In this document: in pieces, positions 18,394-27,476 of the stretch
Numbering within the stretch: position 1 is the first letter of the stretch
Layout of the letters: each line of letters starts with the position of its first letter
Source: Lysobacterales bacterium
GTDB taxonomy: Bacteria > Pseudomonadota > Gammaproteobacteria > Xanthomonadales > SZUA-36
Assembly (NCBI GenBank): GCA_028289465.1
Contig: JANQPM010000087.1
Span: forward strand, 2,520-66,519
DNA length: 64,000 bases
Reading direction: 5' to 3'
The notes under the pieces: model-generated
The model's input: only the letters and a program-made list of their open reading frames with translations
What the model was told of the DNA's origin: nothing
Databases searched by the model: none
Made by a program: the position numbers and the translations under genes

Positions 18394-19028
18394 GTTGAGC
18401 TCCCGTTAACTGCCAGCCGGCCGGAAAACATACTGGAACGATCCAGCCTCCAGCCGGTCAGGGTTTCAAAATATTCACGTAGCTGGGCCACCGAATCCTC
18501 AAACGGACGCAAATGGCCGGCCGCCCGGGCCTGCATTACGCCGCCTTCCATCACCGTCAGCACGAAGCGCGCCACCGCATCGCGGTCGAGCGCATCCGGA
18601 AGACCGTCGGCCTGTTCCAGCCAGCCACGAATGATGGCCACCCAGTTGTCGAAATTGCGTTCGATAGCGGGCCGCACCTCCGGGTGGGTGTCGCTGACTT
18701 CCAAAGCCAGGTTGCCGACCGGGCAGCCCATCCGGCATTCGTTGTCCAGCATGAACTGCCGGTACCAGTCCATCAGGCAGAAAATCCGCGCAATCGGATC
18801 CGCCTCGGCATCTTCCAGCGGCTGCATAATCAATGGATAGAGGTTTTCCTCATACCAGTGCAATACACCTTTGAGCAATTCGTCCTTGCTGGCAAAAAAA
18901 TGGTACAGGCTGCCGGAATTGACTCCGGCTTCGCGCAGTATCGTCGCCACACCGGTGGCCGCATAGCCCTGCTCATGAAATAAGCGGGCAGCGGCTTCGA
19001 CAATGCGATTTCGAGTCTCCAGGCTCAT
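18390..19028 (-). CDS. TetR/AcrR family transcriptional regulator
   Basis: N-terminal HTH: RIVEAAARLFHEQGYAATGVATILREAGVNSGSLYHFF. Confidence 0.88.
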   Translation of the reverse strand: MSLETRNRIVEAAARLFHEQGYAATGVATILREAGVNSGSLYHFFASKDELLKGVLHWYEENLYPLIMQPLEDAEADPIARIFCLMDWYRQFMLDNECRMGCPVGNLALEVSDTHPEVRPAIERNFDNWVAIIRGWLEQADGLPDALDRDAVARFVLTVMEGGVMQARAAGHLRPFEDSVAQLREYFETLTGWRLDRSSMFSGRLAVNGSST

Positions 19029-19077
19029 TGATTCGACAGCAATTGGTTTGATCCCGTTACAAATGTCGAGGATTTAC

Positions 19078-19099
19078 AACTTGAATGATCGTTCAAGTT
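19078..19099. promoter_or_regulatory. palindromic candidate TetR operator
   Basis: AACTTGAA-TGATCG-TTCAAGTT has perfect 8-bp arms. It lies 50-71 nt upstream of the tetR start, in the tetR/GMC divergent region. Confidence 0.6.
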
Positions 19100-19291
19100 A
19101 TATTGTATAGGGTACATGAAAGACGCCAAGTCCGCTGCGTTGAAGGGATCAGGCTTTTCGACCAACAGAACCGGCCGTGCCGCAGCGAAGCGCTGTCGGT
19201 ATGCAAACCGTTGCATCTCAGCCGCAGCGGGTTATGATGGCGCAGTTGCTGTACGCCGGCGTATGCTCAATGAGTTTATGCCCTAAAAGGA

Positions 19292-20899
19292 ATGAGTAAG
19301 ACCGCTTTGGAATACGATGACATTATAGTTGGTGCCGGTTCATCCGGCTGCGTTCTGGCTAACCGCCTGAGTGCCAACCCCGCTAACCGGGTGTTACTGG
19401 TTGAAGCGGGCGGACGCGACTGGAATCCGCTAATTCATATGCCGGCCGGTCTGGCCAAGCTGGTCGGCTTCAAGTCGATCAATTGGGATTTTGAAACCGA
19501 ACCGGAAGCCGAACTCGGCAATCGGCGCCTGTACTGGCCGCGCGGCCGCGTGCTCGGTGGTTCCAGCTCCATCAACGCGATGTGCTACTGCCGCGGCCAC
19601 CGGAAAGACTACGATGCGTGGGCGACCGGCGGTGCGACCGGCTGGGGATTTGACGATGTGCTGCCATATTTTATGCACGCGGAAGACCAGCAACGCGGCG
19701 CATCGGAATTTCACGGTGTCGGCGGACCGCTGTCGGTAGAAGACCTGAAATACCGCAACCCGCTGTCCCAGATATTTATCGACGCCGCCCTTGAAGCCGG
19801 CTTTGATGCAACCGACGACTTCAACGGGCCCCAGCAGCGGGGTTTCGGTTACTATCAGGTCACGCAGCGTAATGGACAGCGCTGCAGCACTGCGGTCGGC
19901 TACCTGCGCCCGGCGATGGAGCGCGACAATTTATCAGTGATGACCGGCGCGATGACCGAGAAAGTGATTCTCGACGGCAACCGGGCCGTTGCGATTACGG
20001 TCAATGTGAAAGGTCGGCAAAGAACCATTCACGGCAACCGGATCATTCTGGCCGGCGGCGCGATCAATTCGCCCCAGTTGCTGATGTTGTCCGGCATCGG
20101 CGATGCCGATCATCTGCACGGCACCGGCATCGCCGTCAACCACCATTTGCCGGGCGTCGGCGCGAACCTGCAGGATCATCTGGATATTTGCACCCTGGTG
20201 GCGAGCAACACGAAGGCCACGTACGACCACCTCAACGAAGTGATGGTCGGCCTGAAGTACTACTTCGGACGGCGCGGACCGGGCTGCTCGAATATTGCCG
20301 AAGCCGGCGGCTTCATCGTCAGCCGGTATGCCGACGACGACCGGCCGGACATCCAGATGCACTTCGTTCCGGCGCTGCTGGACGACCATGGCCGAAGCCG
20401 CATGGATGGCTACGGCATGACCATCCACGCCTGCCCGCTGCGCCCGAAAAGCCGTGGACATATTCGCCTCAAGTCTGCCGACCCGGCCGCAGCGCCGGCA
20501 ATCACGGCCAATTACCTGAGCGAGGAATACGACCGCCGAATGATCGTGGAATGCGCCAAGCTGAGCCGGGAGATATTCCGGCAGCCGGCTTTTGCGGCCG
20601 TCCGCGGCGAAGAAATCTACCCGGGCGCCGAAGTCGGCTCGGACCAGGACCTGCTGGAGTTCATCCGCCGCAAGGCTGAAACCATCTACCATCCGGTCGG
20701 AACCTGCAAAATGGGTACGGACGATGATGCGGTGGTCGATCCGGAATTGAACGTTCGCGGAATCGACGGACTGAGTGTGGTCGACGCGTCCGTAATGCCC
20801 AGCCTGGTGTCCGGCAATACCAATGCTCCCACCATCATGATCGCCGAGAAGTTCGCGGCTGCCCCGGCGGCGGCACCCGCAGCCCAGGCTGCTGCCTGA
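19292..20899 (+). CDS. GMC family oxidoreductase (choline/alcohol dehydrogenase-like)
   Basis: FAD motif YDDIIVGAGSSGCVLANRL, GMC signatures GGSSSINAM and ...YHPVGTCKMG. Ala/Pro-rich C-terminal tail. Confidence 0.88.
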   Translation: MSKTALEYDDIIVGAGSSGCVLANRLSANPANRVLLVEAGGRDWNPLIHMPAGLAKLVGFKSINWDFETEPEAELGNRRLYWPRGRVLGGSSSINAMCYCRGHRKDYDAWATGGATGWGFDDVLPYFMHAEDQQRGASEFHGVGGPLSVEDLKYRNPLSQIFIDAALEAGFDATDDFNGPQQRGFGYYQVTQRNGQRCSTAVGYLRPAMERDNLSVMTGAMTEKVILDGNRAVAITVNVKGRQRTIHGNRIILAGGAINSPQLLMLSGIGDADHLHGTGIAVNHHLPGVGANLQDHLDICTLVASNTKATYDHLNEVMVGLKYYFGRRGPGCSNIAEAGGFIVSRYADDDRPDIQMHFVPALLDDHGRSRMDGYGMTIHACPLRPKSRGHIRLKSADPAAAPAITANYLSEEYDRRMIVECAKLSREIFRQPAFAAVRGEEIYPGAEVGSDQDLLEFIRRKAETIYHPVGTCKMGTDDDAVVDPELNVRGIDGLSVVDASVMPSLVSGNTNAPTIMIAEKFAAAPAAAPAAQAAA

Positions 20900-20974
20900 T
20901 TCACCGCAGACCGGGGTCGCGACCCCAAAACTCTCGCACTAATTCCAGCCTGAAGCCGCTTCCAGCGTTTCGGC

Positions 20975-22882
20975 TCAGGAAGCCAATATCGGCAATGGGG
21001 TATGAATCGCCGCGCAGACCGCGCGCAGCAGCTCCGCTTCAGCCGATGTCACCTGTTGATCGTGGGTGACGGTTTCGATCAGTCCGGCAACCAGTTTTTC
21101 CTTGGCCTTGGGTTTCAGCCGGTCAAGCTTCTCCAGGGTTGTATCCAGCGCGGCCTGCCAATCCGCCGGCGCGCTGAGCTGCGCATCTGCCGGCAGACCC
21201 ATGGTCTGCAGCCCGTGGCTGAATGCAGTACGTCCGTCGCGGCCGCGCTCATGCCCGTGAGCGGCGAGTATAGCGGTCAGTTGCACCACTTCGGCCCGGC
21301 AATCGTCCAGATCGAGCTTGCCGCTGCTGCGCGATTGCCGCGGATTCATCGCATCCGTCAGATAGACCCGTACCAGCTTTGCCAGCACATATTCATATAA
21401 CTCGATACGGCCGTCTGCCTGTATCAGACCCTGCACCGTTTCCAGCAGTTCTTCCAGATACTCCCGCGGCCGGCGCTTCAATGCCGGAAAGGCCAGTTCC
21501 ATCAGCGCCAGACGCTGCTCCGGCGCCACCTCCGGCATCGTGCCTTGCAGCGCGCGAACCTGCCGTTCCGAATCATCGCCCATGCGCTGCGCGACGATCA
21601 GCAACTGTTGCTCGCGGATTTCCGGTTTCGGGTCGAGCAGCAACAGGAAAAGCACTTCCGGCGCCCATTCGGTCGAATGGGCGGCAGCCTGGACATCATC
21701 CGGAATCGAACCGGCCAGCAGGGCCGCCATCAGCAGCTTGTCCCAGTCCGGATTACCGATCTGGTCAATGATATTGCGCGCATCGAACAGGCCGTCACGC
21801 TGCTCTTGCTTGGCCTCGCGCTCTTCGCGCTCGGCTTCCTGCCGGCTTTGCCGCTCGAGCCGCTGAGCCAGAATTTTCAGCTCTTCTTCCTGAAAATCGG
21901 GCTGAATGCGCCGAATGCGTTCCAGCAGCGGCGGGTGCGTTGCGAAAAGATGAGCAGCCTGGCCCTGCCCGAACAGCATATGGGCAACTTCTTCGGCATC
22001 GGTTTCCAGATAGGAGCCGTTGGAATACACAGCGATCTTCTTCAAGGCTCCAGCGATGCCTTCGGGATGCCGGGTAAACTGTACGGCTGACGCGTCGGCC
22101 AGGTATTCGCGCCGGCGGCTGACCGCGGCCTTGATCCAGCGCCCGAAAAACAAGCCGATGTAGCCGATCAGCATCACCGCCAGTGCAATCACCACGATAG
22201 CGCCGGCGCCTCCCTCCTTGCTGCTGCGCGTATAACGCGCGCCATGCAGTACCTTGCGGCCGATGATCGCCAGCAGCAGAATACCGAACAGCACCCCCAT
22301 CAGACGGATGTTCAGACGCATGTCGCCGTTGAAGATATGGCTGAACTCGTGCGCAATCACGCCCTGCAATTCGTTGCGATCCAGTTTTTCCAGCGTACCG
22401 CGCGTCACCGCTATCGCCGCGTCGGAAGGCGAGAAGCCGGCCGCAAATGCATTGATTCCGGGTTCTTGTTCCAACACGTAGATTTCCGGCACCGGGACAC
22501 CGGCCGCCAGCGCGATTTCCTCGACCACGTTGCGCAGCCGCCGCCGCAGCGGATCGCGGGTATCGGAATCGACCAGGGTACCACCCAGATCGCGCGCGAC
22601 CTTGCCGCCGCCGGCACGAAGGCTGGCTACTTTGAACAGGCTGGACAGCCCGATCAGCCCGGCGGTGCCCGCACTGCCGAACGCCAGCGGCTGCCAGTTG
22701 CTGGCTAGAAATGCCGGGCTGAACAACGCGGGGCCATTCGCCAGGCTGTCGCTGTTCAGCCCCAGCACCAGCATCATCACGAAATCCACTGCGACCACGA
22801 TGGCCAGTACCGCCAAAATAAACAGCACGATCAGCCAGCGCGACTGCCGGCGGGCCTGGTCCTGATGTTCAAAGAAGTTCAT
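20975..22882 (-). CDS. M48 family zinc metalloprotease with a roughly 300-aa C-terminal extension
   Basis: N-terminal TM segments, HEFSH zinc motif and a downstream Glu (RREYLAD). The C-terminal half has no protease motifs. Confidence 0.8.
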   Translation of the reverse strand: MNFFEHQDQARRQSRWLIVLFILAVLAIVVAVDFVMMLVLGLNSDSLANGPALFSPAFLASNWQPLAFGSAGTAGLIGLSSLFKVASLRAGGGKVARDLGGTLVDSDTRDPLRRRLRNVVEEIALAAGVPVPEIYVLEQEPGINAFAAGFSPSDAAIAVTRGTLEKLDRNELQGVIAHEFSHIFNGDMRLNIRLMGVLFGILLLAIIGRKVLHGARYTRSSKEGGAGAIVVIALAVMLIGYIGLFFGRWIKAAVSRRREYLADASAVQFTRHPEGIAGALKKIAVYSNGSYLETDAEEVAHMLFGQGQAAHLFATHPPLLERIRRIQPDFQEEELKILAQRLERQSRQEAEREEREAKQEQRDGLFDARNIIDQIGNPDWDKLLMAALLAGSIPDDVQAAAHSTEWAPEVLFLLLLDPKPEIREQQLLIVAQRMGDDSERQVRALQGTMPEVAPEQRLALMELAFPALKRRPREYLEELLETVQGLIQADGRIELYEYVLAKLVRVYLTDAMNPRQSRSSGKLDLDDCRAEVVQLTAILAAHGHERGRDGRTAFSHGLQTMGLPADAQLSAPADWQAALDTTLEKLDRLKPKAKEKLVAGLIETVTHDQQVTSAEAELLRAVCAAIHTPLPILAS

Positions 22883-22974
22883 GCTCGCACTCTGTCGATT
22901 CCGACCGCAGCTATAACGGCGGCGTCATCGCCGCCAAACCGGCAGTCCGCAACGTTACCCCTGCCGATCGGGCG

Positions 22975-23565
22975 CTATTCGAAGGAAACCTGCGGTACTT
23001 CGCGCTTCGCTTCGTCTTCGATGTCCAACAGCTCCGCCGGGCCGAAATTGAACGGGCCGGCCAGCAGATTGTTCGGGAAGGATTCGCGCAGCGTGTTGTA
23101 GTCCATCACCGAGTCGTTATAAGCCTGCCGTGCAAAGGCGACTTTGTTTTCGGTGGTTGTCAGCTCTTCGGACAACTGCATCATATTCTCGTTGGCTTTC
23201 AGGTCCGGATAGGCCTCGGACAACGCGAACAGGCGGCCGAGTGCACCGGACAGACCCTGCTCGGCCTGAGCCAGTTGCTTCATGGCCTCGGGATCGCTCG
23301 GGTCCTTGGCTGCGTTCTTCAAACCGTTGACCGCAGCGTTGCGGGCATTGATCACGGCTTCCAGGGTCTCGCGTTCATGGCTCATGTAGCCCTTCGCCGT
23401 TTCTACCAGATTCGGTATCAGGTCATGCCGCCGGGTCAACTGGACGTCGATTTGCGCAAACGCGTTCTTGTAGCGGTTGCGGCCGGCTACCAGACGATTG
23501 TAGATGGAAATAATGAATAAGATCAGGGCGACGATGATACCCAGAAAAATTAACATACCCGTCAT
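22975..23565 (-). CDS. LemA family protein
   Basis: N-terminal TM segment plus IYNRLVAGRNRYKNAFAQIDVQLTRRHDLIPNLVETAKGYMSHE, the canonical LemA sequence. Confidence 0.9.
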   Translation of the reverse strand: MTGMLIFLGIIVALILFIISIYNRLVAGRNRYKNAFAQIDVQLTRRHDLIPNLVETAKGYMSHERETLEAVINARNAAVNGLKNAAKDPSDPEAMKQLAQAEQGLSGALGRLFALSEAYPDLKANENMMQLSEELTTTENKVAFARQAYNDSVMDYNTLRESFPNNLLAGPFNFGPAELLDIEDEAKREVPQVSFE

Positions 23566-23881
23566 AACGACCTCTCCCTATGAGTCTGATTCGGTATACG
23601 AACAGTGAAATCTGCCGAAGCGTAACGCGCTGCTGGCGATGATCCTAAACGCCGCCCGTATTTCATTTTGCACATTGTCGGCCACCATCGCCGGGACCGT
23701 GCATAGGAGCCGCAGGCGACCCGCCGGAGCGGGCGCCGTGAAGCATGGCTTCTTCGCTTCAGCGAAACCGCCGTCTGACTCCACCTGCACTACGAAAGAC
23801 GCGGGTGCGAGACTCCTTCTCCGCTCAGTTTAGCAAAAAAAGTGTGGGCGGCACTCTGAAGAAAGTCACAGGCAGTGTCGG

Positions 23882-25576
23882 CTAGGTTTTTGATCCGGCT
23901 CGGCTTTTCTCGAGCCTGGCCCAGGAATCACGCAGTGCCACGGTACGGTTAAATACCGGCTTTCCCGGTGACGAATCGCGGCTGTCCGGCGTGAAGTAAC
24001 CGACGCGCTCGAACTGGAAATACTCGCCTTCGCCGGCCGCTGCCGCCGAGGGTTCGACATAGCCGCTGGCCAATTGCAGGGAATCCGGGTTGATAAAGGT
24101 TTTGAAGTCCACCGATCTATCGGCCTGCGGGTTCGGTACGCTGAACAGTCGGTCGTACAGGCGGAATTCGGCGGCCACCGCATGCGCGGCGGATACCCAG
24201 TGTATCGTGCCTTTTACCTTGCGCTGCGCGCCCGGCATACCGGAGCGGGATTCGGGGTCGAAGCTGCAATGCAGCTCGGTGACATTGCCATCGTCGTCCT
24301 TGATGACTTCATCGCACCGAATGATAAACGCATTGCGCAGGCGGACTTCGCCGCCCGGTTTCAGCCGGAAGAATTTCTTCGGCGCGTCCTCCATAAAGTC
24401 GTCGCGTTCGATCCACAACTCGCGGCTCAGCGGAATTTCGCGGTTGCCCATCTCAGGGTTCTGCGGGTGCCTCGGTGCGTCAAGCTGCTCCATTTTGTCA
24501 TCGGGGTAGTTGCTGAGGATGACTTTCAGCGGATTTAACACCGCCATCGCGCGCGGCGCGGTCTCGTTCATATCATCGCGCACGACGTTTTCCAGCACCC
24601 CCATCGGAATAATCGACACCGATTTAGTCACGCCGACCATCTCGCAGAACTTTCGAATTGAGCGCGGCGTGTAGCCGCGCCGGCGCAAACCTGCAATGGT
24701 CAGCATCCGCGGATCGTCCCAGCCGGAAACCAGACCTTCTTCGACCAACTGATTCAGTTTGCGCTTGCTCATCACGGTGTAGTCGAGATTCAGTCGGGAG
24801 AATTCAATTTGGCGCGGCCGGCTCGGCGACGGAATATGGTCCAAAAACCAGTCGTACAACGGGCGGTGGTCCTCAAATTCCAGCGTGCACAGGGAATGCG
24901 TAATGCCTTCGATAGCATCGGAAATGCCATGCGCGAAGTCATACATCGGATAGATATGCCATGCATCGCCGGTTCGATGATGGGGAACGTTGCGCACCCG
25001 GTAGATGACCGGATCGCGCATATTGATGTTCGGCGACGCCATGTCGATCTTCGCGCGCAGCACATGCGCACCGTCCTCGAACTCGCCGGCCTTCATACGC
25101 TGGAACAGGTCCAGGTTTTCCTCGGCGCTGCGATCGCGATACGGGCTGTCGGTACCCGGTTCGGTCAGCGTACCGCGCGTCTGGCGAATCTCATCTGCGG
25201 TGGAGGAATCGACATAAGCCTTGCCGGTTTTGACCAGATGAAGCGCGAAATCATAAAGCTGCTCGAAATAGTCCGACGCATGCCGCAATTCCTTCCATTG
25301 AAAACCCAGCCACTGAATATCGGCCTTGATCGCGTTGGCGTAATCCTCGGACTCTTTCAGCGGATTGGTGTCATCGAAGCGCAGATTGGTGCAACCCGGA
25401 AATTCCTCGGTCAGGCCGAAGTTCAGACAAATCGACTTTGCATGGCCGATGTGCAGATAGCCGTTCGGTTCCGGCGGAAAGCGCGTGACCACCTCATGGT
25501 GTTTTCCCGACTCCAGGTCCTGAATCACAATATTCCGAATAAAATTGCTGGGTGGTGTATAGTGCTTGTCGTTCAT
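23882..25576 (-). CDS. glnS: glutamine--tRNA ligase
   Basis: [16 protein letters not shown] (HIGH motif), VMSKR (KMSKS motif) and overall GlnS colinearity. Start moved to the MNDKHYT ATG. Confidence 0.93.
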   Translation of the reverse strand: MNDKHYTPPSNFIRNIVIQDLESGKHHEVVTRFPPEPNGYLHIGHAKSICLNFGLTEEFPGCTNLRFDDTNPLKESEDYANAIKADIQWLGFQWKELRHASDYFEQLYDFALHLVKTGKAYVDSSTADEIRQTRGTLTEPGTDSPYRDRSAEENLDLFQRMKAGEFEDGAHVLRAKIDMASPNINMRDPVIYRVRNVPHHRTGDAWHIYPMYDFAHGISDAIEGITHSLCTLEFEDHRPLYDWFLDHIPSPSRPRQIEFSRLNLDYTVMSKRKLNQLVEEGLVSGWDDPRMLTIAGLRRRGYTPRSIRKFCEMVGVTKSVSIIPMGVLENVVRDDMNETAPRAMAVLNPLKVILSNYPDDKMEQLDAPRHPQNPEMGNREIPLSRELWIERDDFMEDAPKKFFRLKPGGEVRLRNAFIIRCDEVIKDDDGNVTELHCSFDPESRSGMPGAQRKVKGTIHWVSAAHAVAAEFRLYDRLFSVPNPQADRSVDFKTFINPDSLQLASGYVEPSAAAAGEGEYFQFERVGYFTPDSRDSSPGKPVFNRTVALRDSWARLEKSRAGSKT

Positions 25577-25700
25577 CGTCCGCTTAATCGCTGCTTCGGG
25601 GTAGCCGCCGCTTTGGGGCCTTGTCATTTGCCAATGTGGTGGCGAACCGGCTAAATTCTACCTTATACCCGCAAACCAACCACAGATAAACGAAAAGCCA

Positions 25701-27014
25701 ATGAAAAAAAGAAAGCTCAGCCTCAGTATGCAGATTTTCATCGCGATGCTCGCCGGCGCGGCAATCGGGGCCGGGATACAGCTGCTGGGCAATCCGGAAT
25801 GGGCGACTGCCAATCTGGTCAACGGCTTGTTCCATGTCGTCGGCCAGATATTCGTACGCCTGCTGAAGATGCTGGTCGTGCCGCTGGTATTCGTATCGCT
25901 GGTTACCGGAGCCAGTGCGCTGTCCAACCCGTCCGAACTCGGCAGAGTCGGCGGCAAGGCAGTCGGTTTGTACCTGATGACCACGGCTGTCGCGGTCACG
26001 CTCGCGGTAACCGCCGCAGTGCTATTCAAGCCCGGGGTCGGCGCTCAGCCCGAGGAGCTGCAATCGCAAACCCTGATCGAACAGCCGCCGGTATCCGAAG
26101 TGGTCATTAATATGATCCCGGACAATCCGGTCGCGTCGATGGCCGACGGCAAGATGCTGCCGATTATTTTCTTCTCGATACTGCTGGGGGTCGCCATCAC
26201 CATGAGCGGCGGCGCCGGCAGGAATATACGGCAGTTCTTCGAGAACCTGAACGAAGTCATTATGAAATTGGTGACCATCGTGATGAAGGTCGCACCGATC
26301 GGGGTGTTTGCGCTGATCGCGAAGATGGCGGCAACCAGCGACATGGCGGCCATCGCGAAGGTTGGCAAATACATGTTACTGGTGTTCAGCATGCTGATTC
26401 TGCATGCCGTTGTGGTCTACCCGACTTTGCTGACCGTCTTCACCAAGCTCAATCCGCTGATATTTTTCTACAAGATGCGCGCGGCGATGCTGTTCGCGTT
26501 TTCGGTTTCCTCCAGCAATGCGACCATTCCGGTAACGCTGGAAAGCGTCGAGAAACGGGTCGGCGTCGGCAACAAGATCGCGTCGTTTATCGTGCCGTTG
26601 GGCGCGACGGTGAACATGGACGGTACCGCGATCATGCAGGGCATCGCGGCCGGATTCATTGCGCAGTACTTCGGTATCGACCTGAGCATCGGTCAGTACA
26701 TAACGATTATCCTGATGGTCATCATGGCCTCGATCGGCACCGCCGGTGTGCCCAGCGTGGGCCTGATTATGCTGGCCGGGGTATTGCTGCAGATCGGCAT
26801 GCCCGAAGCGCAGATCGGCCAGGGTATAGCGATCGTATTCGCGGTTGACCGTATTCTGGACATGACGCGGACTGTGGTGAATATCACCGGCGACGCCACC
26901 GTGACCACGATCGTCGCCAAAAGCGAGGGGGAACTCAATCTGGAGACCTACAACGACCGCACAGCGGGGCTGGCCTACGAACGCGGCGAGGCACTTCCGC
27001 AAACGGCCGACTAG
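25701..27014 (+). CDS. dicarboxylate/amino acid:cation symporter (DAACS family)
   Basis: FSVSSSNATIPV, NMDGTA and DRILDMTRTVVNITGD are typical GltP/DctA-family motifs. Confidence 0.88.
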   Translation: MKKRKLSLSMQIFIAMLAGAAIGAGIQLLGNPEWATANLVNGLFHVVGQIFVRLLKMLVVPLVFVSLVTGASALSNPSELGRVGGKAVGLYLMTTAVAVTLAVTAAVLFKPGVGAQPEELQSQTLIEQPPVSEVVINMIPDNPVASMADGKMLPIIFFSILLGVAITMSGGAGRNIRQFFENLNEVIMKLVTIVMKVAPIGVFALIAKMAATSDMAAIAKVGKYMLLVFSMLILHAVVVYPTLLTVFTKLNPLIFFYKMRAAMLFAFSVSSSNATIPVTLESVEKRVGVGNKIASFIVPLGATVNMDGTAIMQGIAAGFIAQYFGIDLSIGQYITIILMVIMASIGTAGVPSVGLIMLAGVLLQIGMPEAQIGQGIAIVFAVDRILDMTRTVVNITGDATVTTIVAKSEGELNLETYNDRTAGLAYERGEALPQTAD

Positions 27015-27019
27015 CGCGC

Positions 27020-27448
27020 TCAGTCCGCTGACGGCAGCCTGTAGCGCACCTGGGCGATCCAGCGCTGCGCCCGGCGGGCCAGCCGGTCGTCGGCCGACTC
27101 CCCGTCGAAATCGCTTCGGCTTTGAGCCAGCGTTACCGGTTCGCTGAAGGTATTGACGTTGACCACCGCGTAGTCTTTGCCGCCGATCCGGCTGATCGCG
27201 GCAATCGAGACGCCACAGAACGAGCAGAATAGAAAGTCTGCCGTTTTGGTGCCAAAGCGGTACCGGCTCATTGCGTCCGGCGATGTTGCACGGATTTGCA
27301 ATCGGGCATTCGGGTCGGAAATCCAGTTGCCGCCAAAGCGCGTGCAGTAGGTGCAACTGCACGCGCGCGCCGGTACAGGTTTTCGGTCGTCAGGCCAATC
27401 CAGTTCGTAAGTTAATTGTCCGCAGTGGCAGCCGCCCTGAATCAGCAT
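27020..27448 (-). CDS. GFA family protein (glutathione-dependent formaldehyde-activating enzyme-like / CENP-V fold)
   Basis: GGCHCG ... CSCTYC Cys pattern; 142 aa. Confidence 0.7.
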   Translation of the reverse strand: MLIQGGCHCGQLTYELDWPDDRKPVPARACSCTYCTRFGGNWISDPNARLQIRATSPDAMSRYRFGTKTADFLFCSFCGVSIAAISRIGGKDYAVVNVNTFSEPVTLAQSRSDFDGESADDRLARRAQRWIAQVRYRLPSAD

Positions 27449-27476
27449 GTCAACGGTTTATCAGGCAATCCATGCA

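Noticed and set aside
20913-20926. The palindrome GGGGTCGCGACCCC between the convergent GMC oxidoreductase and M48 genes, considered as a bidirectional terminator.
   Set aside because: The stem is only about 5 bp and no T-tract follows it on either strand. On the minus strand the T-run precedes the hairpin, so it does not meet intrinsic-terminator criteria.
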